32,000 nt of DNA from Candidatus Scalindua sediminis (GTDB taxonomy: Bacteria > Planctomycetota > Brocadiia > Brocadiales > Scalinduaceae), in contig VSDH01000001.1 in NCBI GenBank assembly GCA_008636105.1, forward strand, positions 195,068 through 227,067, read 5' to 3'. Positions 15,416 through 24,532 of the stretch are shown here, piece by piece. The notes under the pieces were generated by a model, which did no database searches, was not told the DNA's origin, and worked only from the letters and a program-made list of their open reading frames with translations. A program made the translations under genes and the position numbers. Positions within the stretch are counted from its first letter, which is position 1, and every line of letters begins with the position of its first letter.

Positions 15416-16170
15416 AAGTAACTTTCCTTGGCACAGGAACATCATACGGAGTGCCTATGATTGGTTGTGGTTGTAGTGTCTGTACGTCTGACAATCCAAA
15501 AAATTTCAGAACCCGCTCATCAATCCTAATATCTGAAGGAGAATACTGCATACTTATAGATGCGGCTACGGAGTTACGCATTCAGTGCCTAAAAAACAAA
15601 GTGAAGAAAGTAGATGCCGTGTTACTAACACATTCCCATGCAGACCATATCCTGGGGTTGGATGACTTAAGACATTTCAACAGAAATCAGAAAACAAATA
15701 TTCCCGTGTATGGATCCGTGGAAACGGTGAACAATATATACAAAATGTTTTCGTATGTATTTGAAGAAACATCTTCCAATGGCAGCAAACCAAAATTTAC
15801 TCTTAAGCCTATTAATGGGATGTTTAATCTCTTTGGTTTTGAAATAATCCCTGTTGATGTAATGCACGGAGGGGAAAAAGTTACTGCTTACAGGTTTGAT
15901 AAGTTCGCCTATGTAACAGACGTAAGTTTTATACCACCTGCCTCTATGGCCAAGCTAAAAGGACTCGACTTACTCATTCTCGATGCCCTCAGGATGTATC
16001 CTCATGAAAAACACTTTGGTATCGAACAGGCCATAGATATAGTAAACAAGTTAAAACCAAGGCAAACATTGTTTACGCATATAGCACATGACTTAGAGCA
16101 TGAAAAGACAAACAATAAATTACCAATGGGAATCAAATTAGCATATGACGGATTGTCAGTTGAGGCATAG
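15412..16170 (+). CDS. MBL-fold hydrolase, PhnP-like
   Basis: [24 protein letters not shown] (Cys-rich Zn loop as in PhnP) and [10 protein letters not shown] (the HxHxDH motif). The ATG at 15412 overlaps the MATE stop as ATGA. The track's GTG at 15394 is less likely. Confidence 0.82.
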   Translation: [252 protein letters not shown]

Positions 16171-16529
16171 AGATTATATTGATTCTTATAGCGGACTTCA
16201 CTAAGAAATCAATTCTTATTGGCCTCATATGTTACTAACTACAGGATACTTAATTCCAGATATTCAAAGACAAAAAATTTTTAATTTGTGGGAATATATC
16301 TTGTTTAAAATTTGTCTATAATATAAGAATGTAAGATTTAGTCAGCCACATGATAAGATAATAAGACAAAAATATCATTTCTATCTCTTTTTTCTTTGAA
16401 CCAATTATTCCGTCTTTACGGTACCATATTCCTCTGTCTTATATACGCCATCCAGTCAGAGATGCAGTAGTAAATCAATTATTATATTTAGGATATATCT
16501 CTTTACATTATAAGTAGTTATAAAATACA

Positions 16530-16558
16530 TTGACAAATATATACCCTTTTGATAACAT
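16530..16558 (+). promoter_or_regulatory. sigma70-like promoter candidate for the glycine-zipper lipoprotein gene
   Basis: TTGACA (16530-16535), a 17-nt spacer, then TAACAT (16553-16558), about 65 nt upstream of the ATG. The AT-rich context raises the chance of a false match. Confidence 0.3.
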
Positions 16559-16624
16559 CAAAATATATTGGTAGAAAATATTAAACTTATGCCTCGTAAA
16601 TATTTTAATTTGGAGGAAAAATGA

Positions 16625-17119
16625 ATGCATAAAATAATTACCACAGTTATGTGTGTTGCGGCTATTTCGATTTTTGCCTCTGGCTGTTTAACAACTACAC
16701 AAAAAGGAGCAGCCGTTGGGACGGGAGCAGGAGCAGCTATTGGTACGGGTATAGGTGCGTTAACAGGCCATGCCGGCATGGGTGCTATAATTGGTGCAGG
16801 TGCAGGCGCTGTGGGTGGAGCATTGGTTGGAGACCATTTGGATAAAAAAAGAGAAGAAGCTGAAAGAGCAGAGATGCAAAGACAACTCGAACTCGAAAGA
16901 AAAGCTGGCTCTGGCGAAGGGAAAAATTACATTGAGGCTCATTATGAGTACGTAAAGAAAAGAAAATGGGTTGATACATCCAAAAGAGAGAGAGTCTGGG
17001 TTGATGAGCGTTACGAAGGTGACCGAAGAATCGAAGGCCATTACGAGGAAAGAGTCGTACCTGGAGGCTACTGGCAGGAATACGAAGAGAAGGTATGGAT
17101 TCCGTCACATTACGAATAG
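16625..17119 (+). CDS. glycine-zipper lipoprotein
   Basis: GGAGG lies 8 nt upstream. The signal peptide has a lipobox (IFASGC). It is followed by the Gly-zipper GTGAGAAIGTGIGALTGHAGMGAIIGAGAGAVGGALVG and a charged C-terminus rich in Y/W/E. Confidence 0.75.
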   Translation: MHKIITTVMCVAAISIFASGCLTTTQKGAAVGTGAGAAIGTGIGALTGHAGMGAIIGAGAGAVGGALVGDHLDKKREEAERAEMQRQLELERKAGSGEGKNYIEAHYEYVKKRKWVDTSKRERVWVDERYEGDRRIEGHYEERVVPGGYWQEYEEKVWIPSHYE

Positions 17120-17667
17120 GTGTTAGGTAATTCATTAAAATAGAACCACTTAAACCAGCCAGATTTCTTACTTTTTCAATTGCCAGCACTTAATTATAGG
17201 GATTCGTCTTATACCTGAAAACAAAGAGCAAATTTTTTGTCTAATAGGGGCAAAATATAGAATTTTTGAGACATGTAAACCAAATTACCTTTGAAGTTGT
17301 AAGGCACCGTAATTACAGGACCTAGCCCTCGGGTAGACAAAACTTAAAAAAGTGCCATAAGATACTTTAATACCGTAGTTAACAATTTCTATCATTAAAC
17401 TCTCCGAGATCACCCCTTTTTGTACTAGCAACTCAAAATAACACTAACAATCCTAAACGATCTAGGTGGTAATACCATAGTTTGTTTCATTTTTTAAACT
17501 TGTAATGTCGAAGGTTTTATGAAAAAATAAATAGGGATGCAAGGTATAAATGATCGAATTTGGCGCCTTTTACTCACTTTATACCTGTATTACTGCGCAA
17601 GAGATATAACTTCACACGGTGGAACTCCCCAGATTTAGCTGCACAAGCAGTAGCCAAGGAGAAAAAT

Positions 17668-20403
17668 ATGCAAACCGATGATAAAGATGATGATATAAAA
17701 CATCAGAATTCTTACAAAGACAAAATCGAGGAAAAGTTAGAGAAGGTAAAGCTTAGGTATAATCTTTTCAGATGTGAAAATACATATCTAACTGTTTTTA
17801 CGATTGGACTGGCAATAGCTCTAATCACCATTATTGTCCAGAAATTCGTCGATATACCACCCTATACATATATTATCCTTATTTCCTTATTCTCAATTTA
17901 CTTCTTCCTGAATCTGGCAATAACAATTAAGAAATGGATTGGGAAGTCTGAGGCTGCAAAGATATTAGATGAGAAAATGCATTTTAAGGAAAGACTTGTC
18001 ACCGGCCTAGAATACGCCGAGCAGACAGAAAAGAATAAGTTCTTTGATATGCTTGTAGATGATATTACAAGTAAGCTTGACGGTAAAAGCATAAAGAATA
18101 CCCTCCCTCATAAGTTTCCAAAAGCAACAAAGTTTTTTATACCTGTATCCATACTACTTTTAATTCTTTTGCTTTTCCCTTATCTTTATCCTGAAAAGTT
18201 AGAGCAAATAATCACCGATATACAAGAATCAATTGTCGAGAAACCTGGTTTGCTAAATAATACTCTTGAAAAACCTGAAACCAAAGAGGCAGAAGACATT
18301 GTCGCTGAAAAAAAGGATGAAGAAAAATCAAAAGAACCTCAGGAGGAACAAAAAGACAAAAAACTGGCAGGAACAGAGACTGATAAAACTCAAAAAGAAC
18401 AACAGGCGCAAAAAACAACCAGTCCATTACAAAATGAAATCTCGAAGTTACTAAGTAAAATTAACTCAACATTTGATAAGCTTGAAAACAAGTCGAAAAC
18501 AGAAGACAAAGCAGAAGGTGGAAAATCTAAACTTTCTGATCTGAAAGCAGGAGAAAGCCAGAAGAAGGAAGATGAACCAAAACAGATAGCTAAAACAGAA
18601 AAAGAACAGTTAGAAGGCAAAGAAAAAGAGCCTACAAAAACTGCGGATGCATCTGATTCTGATGAAAAACCTCCTGAACAAGAACAAGCAAAGGATCAAA
18701 AGAGAAAACAAAGGCCCAAGATTCCCGAATCGAAACTATTGCAAAAGCTCGCAAAACTCCTCAAGTCTCAAAAAGACATGGAGAATTTCCCTCAGCCAAG
18801 TATTCCTTTGGGTGGAATGGATAAAGATCAGGCTGATTCATTAAAGGACAAATCAAGCCAGAGCAAACAATCAGCGTCTTCTGCTTCAAAAGATTCTTCC
18901 AGCTCACCTCAGCAAGAATTACCACAAGAAGAATTAAGTAAGGGAACTTCTCAACCTGACAAATCTGAAACTAAACCTTCTGGTTCGGGTGATAAAAATA
19001 TGCCAGAAACCCAACAACAAGAAACTAATGCAGGCACTGAAGACAAAGTTACAAAAAAACAAGGAGATGTAAAAAAGAGCGACAAAGCTTCCTCTCAAGT
19101 GCCTGAAGGAGCAGATACTCCAGCGAAAGGGCAAAAGGGATCCAGCGATGATCTTAAAGATAAATTAGCACAGGCAGACAAAAAAACAGGCGGAACAGGT
19201 TCGCAGACAACCCCTTCACCTTCTGCCAGAGAAGATACGGAACTACCACAAGAACAACAAATGAAAGACACCCCTGATACGGAGAAATTAGATAGCAAGT
19301 CAACGGGTGGTACTGAACAAGCAAAACAAGAAGGCGGTGGTGAACAAGGAGAATCTCAAGGTGCGGGTGGTACTAATGTTGCATCCGGTAAAGGTAAGGA
19401 GTCGGGATCAGGGGCGGAACAAAAAGGTGCAGGTAAGGAAGCAGGCGAAGGGCAGAAAGTAGCGGGTAAGGAACCAGGTGAAGGACAGAAAGGTACAGGC
19501 AAGGGATCAGGTACAGAACAGAAGGGTGCGGGTACTGAACCAGGTGAAGGGCAGAAAGTAGCGGGCAAGGAATCAGGTGCAGAACAGAAGGGTGCGGGTA
19601 AGGAAGCAGGCGAAGGGCAGAAAGTAGCTGGCAAGGAATCAGGAGAGGGACAGAAAGGTGCTGGCGAGAAATCAGGTACAGAACAGAAGGGTGCGGGTAA
19701 GGAAGCAGGTGAAGGGCAGAAAGTAGCGGGTAAGGAAGCAGGTGAAGGACAGAAGGGTGCGGGTACTGAACCAGGTGAAGGACAGAAAGTAGCGAGTAGG
19801 GGATCGGGTAGCCCTATAGGCTCGCCGCAAAGGCAAACGATGAATAATCAAGGAATGACTGGAGGTAGTAAGAGTAACGCACAAAGTAGTGCCGACTTGA
19901 AAAATAAAATCGCTAGTCAAATGGAAGATCTATTCAGGCAGATTTCGAATTTAGAAAAGAAAATGGGATTAGATGTTAGTGATAACATGAAAATGGAAAA
20001 AGGGTTGAATGATATAAGTAAACTAAAGCAAGAGGGCATTGATAAAGAAAAGCAAAGGGAATCAAATGAGTTAAGGAGAGATATTAGTGAGATTGCTGCA
20101 ATACCTGGAAGCGAACCAGGAAAGAAATTATACTCTTCTGAACCAGAAAAGATTGAAACACCTGAAAGTGCTGAAAAGTTTAAATTGAAATTAGAGGGAA
20201 TTAAAGACGAATCTGGAGCAAAAAGGGAAACCGTATCTACTGGCAAAGGAGAAGCTACGACAAAAAGAAGACTCCCAACAGTAGGTTACGACGATACTGT
20301 GGAACTAAGTAAGCAACAAGCAGAAGAAGACGCAATAAAAAAGACTTCAATACCATTAGAGTATGAGGAAATTATTAAGAAGATACATTCTGAAAAGGAG
20401 TAG
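17668..20403 (+). CDS. membrane-anchored low-complexity (E/K/Q/S/G-rich) protein, first gene of the MoxR operon
   Basis: I prefer the ATG at 17668, with AAGGAG 6 nt upstream, over the track's TTG at 17560. There are hydrophobic segments near the N-terminus (LTVFTIGLAIALITIIV, IILISLFSIYFFLNLAI, FFIPVSILLLILLLFPYL) and about 700 aa of low complexity, including 11-aa tandem repeats. The stop lies 3 nt before the MoxR start. Confidence 0.8.
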   Translation: MQTDDKDDDIKHQNSYKDKIEEKLEKVKLRYNLFRCENTYLTVFTIGLAIALITIIVQKFVDIPPYTYIILISLFSIYFFLNLAITIKKWIGKSEAAKILDEKMHFKERLVTGLEYAEQTEKNKFFDMLVDDITSKLDGKSIKNTLPHKFPKATKFFIPVSILLLILLLFPYLYPEKLEQIITDIQESIVEKPGLLNNTLEKPETKEAEDIVAEKKDEEKSKEPQEEQKDKKLAGTETDKTQKEQQAQKTTSPLQNEISKLLSKINSTFDKLENKSKTEDKAEGGKSKLSDLKAGESQKKEDEPKQIAKTEKEQLEGKEKEPTKTADASDSDEKPPEQEQAKDQKRKQRPKIPESKLLQKLAKLLKSQKDMENFPQPSIPLGGMDKDQADSLKDKSSQSKQSASSASKDSSSSPQQELPQEELSKGTSQPDKSETKPSGSGDKNMPETQQQETNAGTEDKVTKKQGDVKKSDKASSQVPEGADTPAKGQKGSSDDLKDKLAQADKKTGGTGSQTTPSPSAREDTELPQEQQMKDTPDTEKLDSKSTGGTEQAKQEGGGEQGESQGAGGTNVASGKGKESGSGAEQKGAGKEAGEGQKVAGKEPGEGQKGTGKGSGTEQKGAGTEPGEGQKVAGKESGAEQKGAGKEAGEGQKVAGKESGEGQKGAGEKSGTEQKGAGKEAGEGQKVAGKEAGEGQKGAGTEPGEGQKVASRGSGSPIGSPQRQTMNNQGMTGGSKSNAQSSADLKNKIASQMEDLFRQISNLEKKMGLDVSDNMKMEKGLNDISKLKQEGIDKEKQRESNELRRDISEIAAIPGSEPGKKLYSSEPEKIETPESAEKFKLKLEGIKDESGAKRETVSTGKGEATTKRRLPTVGYDDTVELSKQQAEEDAIKKTSIPLEYEEIIKKIHSEKE
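19387..19788 (+). repeat. in-frame 33-bp tandem repeat array (about 12 units)
   Basis: There are 11 exact-length 33-bp units at 19426-19788 encoding GAGKEAGEGQK / VAGKE(P/S/A)GEGQK / G(T/A)G..SGTEQK variants. One degenerate unit lies upstream, and a decayed unit lies downstream at 19789-19815. Confidence 0.9.
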
Positions 20404-20406
20404 AAT

Positions 20407-21465
20407 GTGCCCAATATTAATAAAAATAAAGAAGTAGATGATATAAAAGCAGAAACAGAAAGGTTCAGAAAGGATTTCAATGACCTAAAAGAAGAGATTG
20501 GCAAAGTAATAGTAGGACACAGAGACATTATAGAAGCGGTCTTAATTGCTTTTTTTGCCAATGGGCACGTGCTTCTTGAAGGTGTTCCAGGTCTGGGGAA
20601 GACCCTACTTGTTAAATCTTTAAGCAAGGCATTAGGTTTTGATTTTAAGAGAATACAATTCACTCCAGATTTGATGCCAGCTGACATAATAGGAACCCAG
20701 ATCGTCGTAGAAAGGAATAAAGGTATAAAGGAATTTGAGTTTTCTGCCGGTCCTGTTTTCTCTAACATCATTCTTGCCGATGAGATTAATCGTGCCACAC
20801 CAAAGACACAATCAGCTATGCTGGAAGCTATGGAGGAAAGGCAGGTAACAATTGCCGGAAAGACACACAAATTAAGTGAACCATTTTTCGTTTTGGCAAC
20901 TCAAAACCCTATAGAAATGGAAGGTACCTACCCCTTACCAGAAGCACAGATTGACAGGTTCTTTTTTAAGTTAGAATTGTCTTTTCCAAATTTTAGCGAA
21001 CTAAAGGATATCCTGAGACAGACAACAGTCAACGAAAAATATATGATTAAACCAGTTTTTAATTCTACCGACGCCTTAAAAAAGGTTACTGAAATGAGAA
21101 GATTAGTGCGAGATGTACTTGTTTCAACAAGTGTGGAGGACTATATCACAAACATTGTATTAGCTACACATCCAAATAGTAAAGATACGGGTAATCCAAA
21201 GTCTGATGGAGGTGATGCTATTGACTGCGTGAGCAGATATATAACTTACGGGTCAAGTCCTCGAGGGGCACAGGCCATAGTCTTAGCAGCAAAGGCAATG
21301 GCTCTTTTAGACAACAGGGCTAATATCAGTTATGATGATGTCGATAAGATTGCCGTATCAGCGCTGAACCATAGAGTGCTTTTAAATTTTGAAGCTGAGG
21401 CAGACAATATGAAATCTCGAGATATTATAGAGAAGGTATTAGAAAAAATAAGAAGAAATAGATAG
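20407..21465 (+). CDS. MoxR-family AAA+ ATPase
   Basis: GTG start with AAGGAG 6 nt upstream. Walker A is LLEGVPGLGKT and Walker B is ILADEINRATPKTQSAMLEAMEERQVT. The C-terminal lid region is typical of MoxR. Confidence 0.92.
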   Translation: MPNINKNKEVDDIKAETERFRKDFNDLKEEIGKVIVGHRDIIEAVLIAFFANGHVLLEGVPGLGKTLLVKSLSKALGFDFKRIQFTPDLMPADIIGTQIVVERNKGIKEFEFSAGPVFSNIILADEINRATPKTQSAMLEAMEERQVTIAGKTHKLSEPFFVLATQNPIEMEGTYPLPEAQIDRFFFKLELSFPNFSELKDILRQTTVNEKYMIKPVFNSTDALKKVTEMRRLVRDVLVSTSVEDYITNIVLATHPNSKDTGNPKSDGGDAIDCVSRYITYGSSPRGAQAIVLAAKAMALLDNRANISYDDVDKIAVSALNHRVLLNFEAEADNMKSRDIIEKVLEKIRRNR

Positions 21466-21591
21466 TTAATTAGTTCCTTCACCGTCTGAACGAAGTCGGG
21501 CAGGTAGTCGCTAATTTATAGCTGTACGACAAAAAGGAGCGAATGTTAGTCAAAGTGACCGTATGTAGGAAAGAACAGGAGTAAAATTGTA

Positions 21592-22497
21592 ATGCTTGGA
21601 GATATTTTTAACGCTAATTTTCTACGAAAACTTGAATCTTTATGTATTGAATGTAAGAGGACCTATTCTGGAACCAGGAAAGGCAGTTATGAGATGGTTA
21701 ACAAGAAGGGAACCAGTGTCGAATTTGCCGATTATCAAGCATACGTTCCTGGAGATGACTTCAGATACATAGATTGGAATATTTATGTGCGTTTGGATAA
21801 ATTATTAGTAAAGACATTTAAGGAAGAAGTAGAGCTATCTGTCCATATTTTACTAGATTCAAGTAAGTCGATGTTATTTCCTAAAGAAGATAAAAAGTTT
21901 GATTATGCTAAAGATCTAGTGATTGCATTGAGTTATATTGCATTGTCAAGCAAAAACAGTGTGAGCATCGCTACATTATCAGATGAAAACAAAACTTCCA
22001 GGAATAAAACTCCTTTCTTACAACAAAAGGAAAATATCTTTATGATGGCTGACTTTTTGAGAGGACTTACACCAGAAGGGGAATTAGACCTTGTTAATTC
22101 CATCTTAAAGTATGTATTCAAAGTAAAAGGAAGAAGAGGAACGGTTGTTGTTATATCCGATTTTATGATGAAGCCAGAGGTATATGTAAAGGCACTTAAT
22201 TTCTTACGCTTTAAGAATTTTGATATCAAAGTCATACAAATCCTGGGTGCTACCGAATTAGATCCATTTGCAAAGATAAAAAGAGGTCAAATAGTCGATG
22301 TAGAGACGAATGAAAAGAAAATAATAAATTTATCCGAATCAAATCGTAAACTATACAAAAATTATTTAGAAGAGCATAATAGACAACTAAGACACTTCTG
22401 TAGGACAAATAGAATTGTTTACTCGTTAGCTAAAACAAACGTAAATTTTGAGGATTTTATCTTACGTGAACTACCCAGAATAGGGTTTATAAGATAA
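21592..22497 (+). CDS. DUF58-family protein (MoxR partner)
   Basis: 301 aa with GTSVEFADYQAYVPGDDFRYIDWNIYVRLDKLLVKTFKEE, the signature DUF58 block. It sits directly after MoxR. Confidence 0.87.
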   Translation: MLGDIFNANFLRKLESLCIECKRTYSGTRKGSYEMVNKKGTSVEFADYQAYVPGDDFRYIDWNIYVRLDKLLVKTFKEEVELSVHILLDSSKSMLFPKEDKKFDYAKDLVIALSYIALSSKNSVSIATLSDENKTSRNKTPFLQQKENIFMMADFLRGLTPEGELDLVNSILKYVFKVKGRRGTVVVISDFMMKPEVYVKALNFLRFKNFDIKVIQILGATELDPFAKIKRGQIVDVETNEKKIINLSESNRKLYKNYLEEHNRQLRHFCRTNRIVYSLAKTNVNFEDFILRELPRIGFIR

Positions 22498-22504
22498 TGA
22501 AAGC

Positions 22505-24442
22505 ATGGGCTTTATAAATTTACTGGCTTTTGGATATTTATCTTTAATTTCGCTAGTAGTACTAATCTATTTTTTTAGTAAAAAAAGGAATGTAATTGAA
22601 GTACCAAGCATAATCCCCTGGAAAGTACTAAAAGAAGACGTAGTACGCAGTAGGCTGTTTAAGGTGGATTTTCTTTTTTTATTACAAATACTCTTAATAC
22701 TGCTTCTAATATTTTTCCTCGCACGCCCATACCTTAAATCCAGCATAATTAATTTATCCGGTAAGAATGTCATCCTCATCATAGACTCTTCTGCAAGTAT
22801 GCAAACCTCCGAAGATGATGGCTCACGTTTTGATCAAGCAAAGTCGCAAGCCCTTAAGATGGTTAGCAAGATGAACCCGTGGGACAAGATGATGGTTATT
22901 TCTGCAAATTCTTCTTCTAAGATTGTTTCTGAGTTTACTGGCGACAAGCACAAGTTAAATGAAGCAATTAACAAACTAAGACCCAAAGATACAGGGACAA
23001 ATCTGGAAGAAGGTGTAAGCCTTGGGGTTTCCCTTTTGAAAAATGTAGAAAGGGGCGAAATGTATGTGTTAACTGATCAGTCACCATCCTCAATAAGCCT
23101 TACTAAACTAAAAGCGGAAAACATAAACTTTATCAGATATGGGAAAAATTTTGCAAATGTCGCCATCACATCATTAGATGTATACCAGGATATGTTTAAA
23201 GATTACACAGAACGTGAGGCCTATGTAACAATCAAGAATTATTCAGATGATAATAAAAACGTTATATTGAATGTATTCTTAAACGATCAAAACATAGAGG
23301 AAAAGGAAATAGAATTAAAGGGTGACGAACAGAAGACATTAAAAGTAAAAAATTTTACTACATCCGGTATCTTAAAAGCCGAGATACAGACAGACGATTT
23401 TCTTTCTGTGGATAATACAGCTTATGCGATAATTAATAAAATAAAACCCATTAACATCTTATTGGTTTCTAATGATAACAAACTAAAAGGTGAATTGGAG
23501 AAGATACAGCGCAGTGCTCATCGAATAAAGCTTACAAGGGTTGAAGTACCTGATTACACACTGGAAACTATAAAGAATTATGATGTTGCAATCTTCCATA
23601 AATTTGTGCCTGATACTAACCCTGATATAAATTCATTATACGTATTTCCATCTACAAACACATTATATACCCAAACAAAAGATGCTGAAGAAGACCGCAG
23701 GTTCAGTAATTTGCTAGTCCCTAAGCAAAGGTTAGTTAAGAATGTCAAGGTACTTGACTGGGATAATACACATCCTACTATGAAGCATCTGGATAACCTG
23801 GATGAGTTAAGTATTGAGAGTTCACTCGAAATGGAACCCCCAGATTGGTCAACACCATTAATGAAAATAGCAGGTAATCTAGATGATGCTCCAATTGCCT
23901 TTGCTGGCAAATATGCAGGCAAAAGGATTATGGTGCTGGGTTTTGATATAAGCGAATTTGATTTCTCTAAATCGGACAACCTGCAGTTACTGATTATGAC
24001 TCTTAATATAATCCAATGGTTAAATCCGTACGAAATAGAAGGCCATAATAAAATATTAACTGGGGGGCAATACATTCCAAATTATAATGTAAGAGGTAGT
24101 ATAGAAATATTAAATCCTAAAGAAGAGATCTTTAAATACAATTTAAAGGATGACATTGAAGACCATTTCGTATTTAACAATATAGAATATGTAGGGGAAT
24201 ATAAGATTTCTGGTACCGATACTGAAGGGAGATTTGTGGCAAATCTCTTTGATGAAAAGGAATCTAAGATAGAACCAGACTCAACGGATAATGAAGACTT
24301 AGAATTTGAAAGAAAAGAAGCTATAATATCTATAGAAGACAAAAAAAACGAATTTAGCAAATACCTGCTCTTACTTGTACCGTTTATTCTTTTACTTGAA
24401 TGGTTACTTTACTATAGAAAAGTAAAGGCTGGTACTGCATAA
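22505..24442 (+). CDS. BatA_N + von Willebrand factor A domain membrane protein
   Basis: It has an N-terminal aerotolerance-regulator-type TM region, a MIDAS DxSxS motif in VILIIDSSASMQT, and a C-terminal TM (LLLLVPFILLLEWLLYY). Confidence 0.85.
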   Translation: MGFINLLAFGYLSLISLVVLIYFFSKKRNVIEVPSIIPWKVLKEDVVRSRLFKVDFLFLLQILLILLLIFFLARPYLKSSIINLSGKNVILIIDSSASMQTSEDDGSRFDQAKSQALKMVSKMNPWDKMMVISANSSSKIVSEFTGDKHKLNEAINKLRPKDTGTNLEEGVSLGVSLLKNVERGEMYVLTDQSPSSISLTKLKAENINFIRYGKNFANVAITSLDVYQDMFKDYTEREAYVTIKNYSDDNKNVILNVFLNDQNIEEKEIELKGDEQKTLKVKNFTTSGILKAEIQTDDFLSVDNTAYAIINKIKPINILLVSNDNKLKGELEKIQRSAHRIKLTRVEVPDYTLETIKNYDVAIFHKFVPDTNPDINSLYVFPSTNTLYTQTKDAEEDRRFSNLLVPKQRLVKNVKVLDWDNTHPTMKHLDNLDELSIESSLEMEPPDWSTPLMKIAGNLDDAPIAFAGKYAGKRIMVLGFDISEFDFSKSDNLQLLIMTLNIIQWLNPYEIEGHNKILTGGQYIPNYNVRGSIEILNPKEEIFKYNLKDDIEDHFVFNNIEYVGEYKISGTDTEGRFVANLFDEKESKIEPDSTDNEDLEFERKEAIISIEDKKNEFSKYLLLLVPFILLLEWLLYYRKVKAGTA

Positions 24443-24532
24443 GATCCTTAAGCAGCGTAGATGCAACCAGAATAAATACGATTAAAACGAAATACTTACA
24501 AAAAAAAGAGGTATTTACAAGGTAATACTACA

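Noticed and set aside
16171-16620. Long AT-rich non-coding stretches (16171-16620 and 17120-17667) as sites of tRNA or sRNA genes. Also an AT-rich hairpin (16178-16213) after the MBL gene as a terminator.
   Set aside because: No T-loop or anticodon-arm pattern and no GC-rich stem followed by a U-tract was visible. The hairpin stem is AT-rich with a bulge, so it is too weak to annotate.
17560-17667. Track start (TTG, 17560) for the giant protein.
   Set aside because: The ATG at 17668 has a canonical AAGGAG 6 nt upstream. The 36-residue extension has no supporting signal.
19356-19920. Antisense ORFs (19356-19634, 19672-19920) and the idea that the 33-bp periodic array could be a CRISPR.
   Set aside because: The units are contiguous with no spacers, stay in frame with the 17668-20403 CDS and encode a coherent G/K/E/Q peptide repeat. 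The antisense ORFs are Pro/Ser/Cys-rich shadows of that repeat.
21543-21584. 13-codon ORF (MLVKVTVCRKEQE*) with AAGGAG just upstream, in the MoxR-DUF58 spacer, as a leader peptide.
   Set aside because: The SD-to-ATG spacing is only 3 nt and there is no supporting structure or conservation evidence. It is too short to call.
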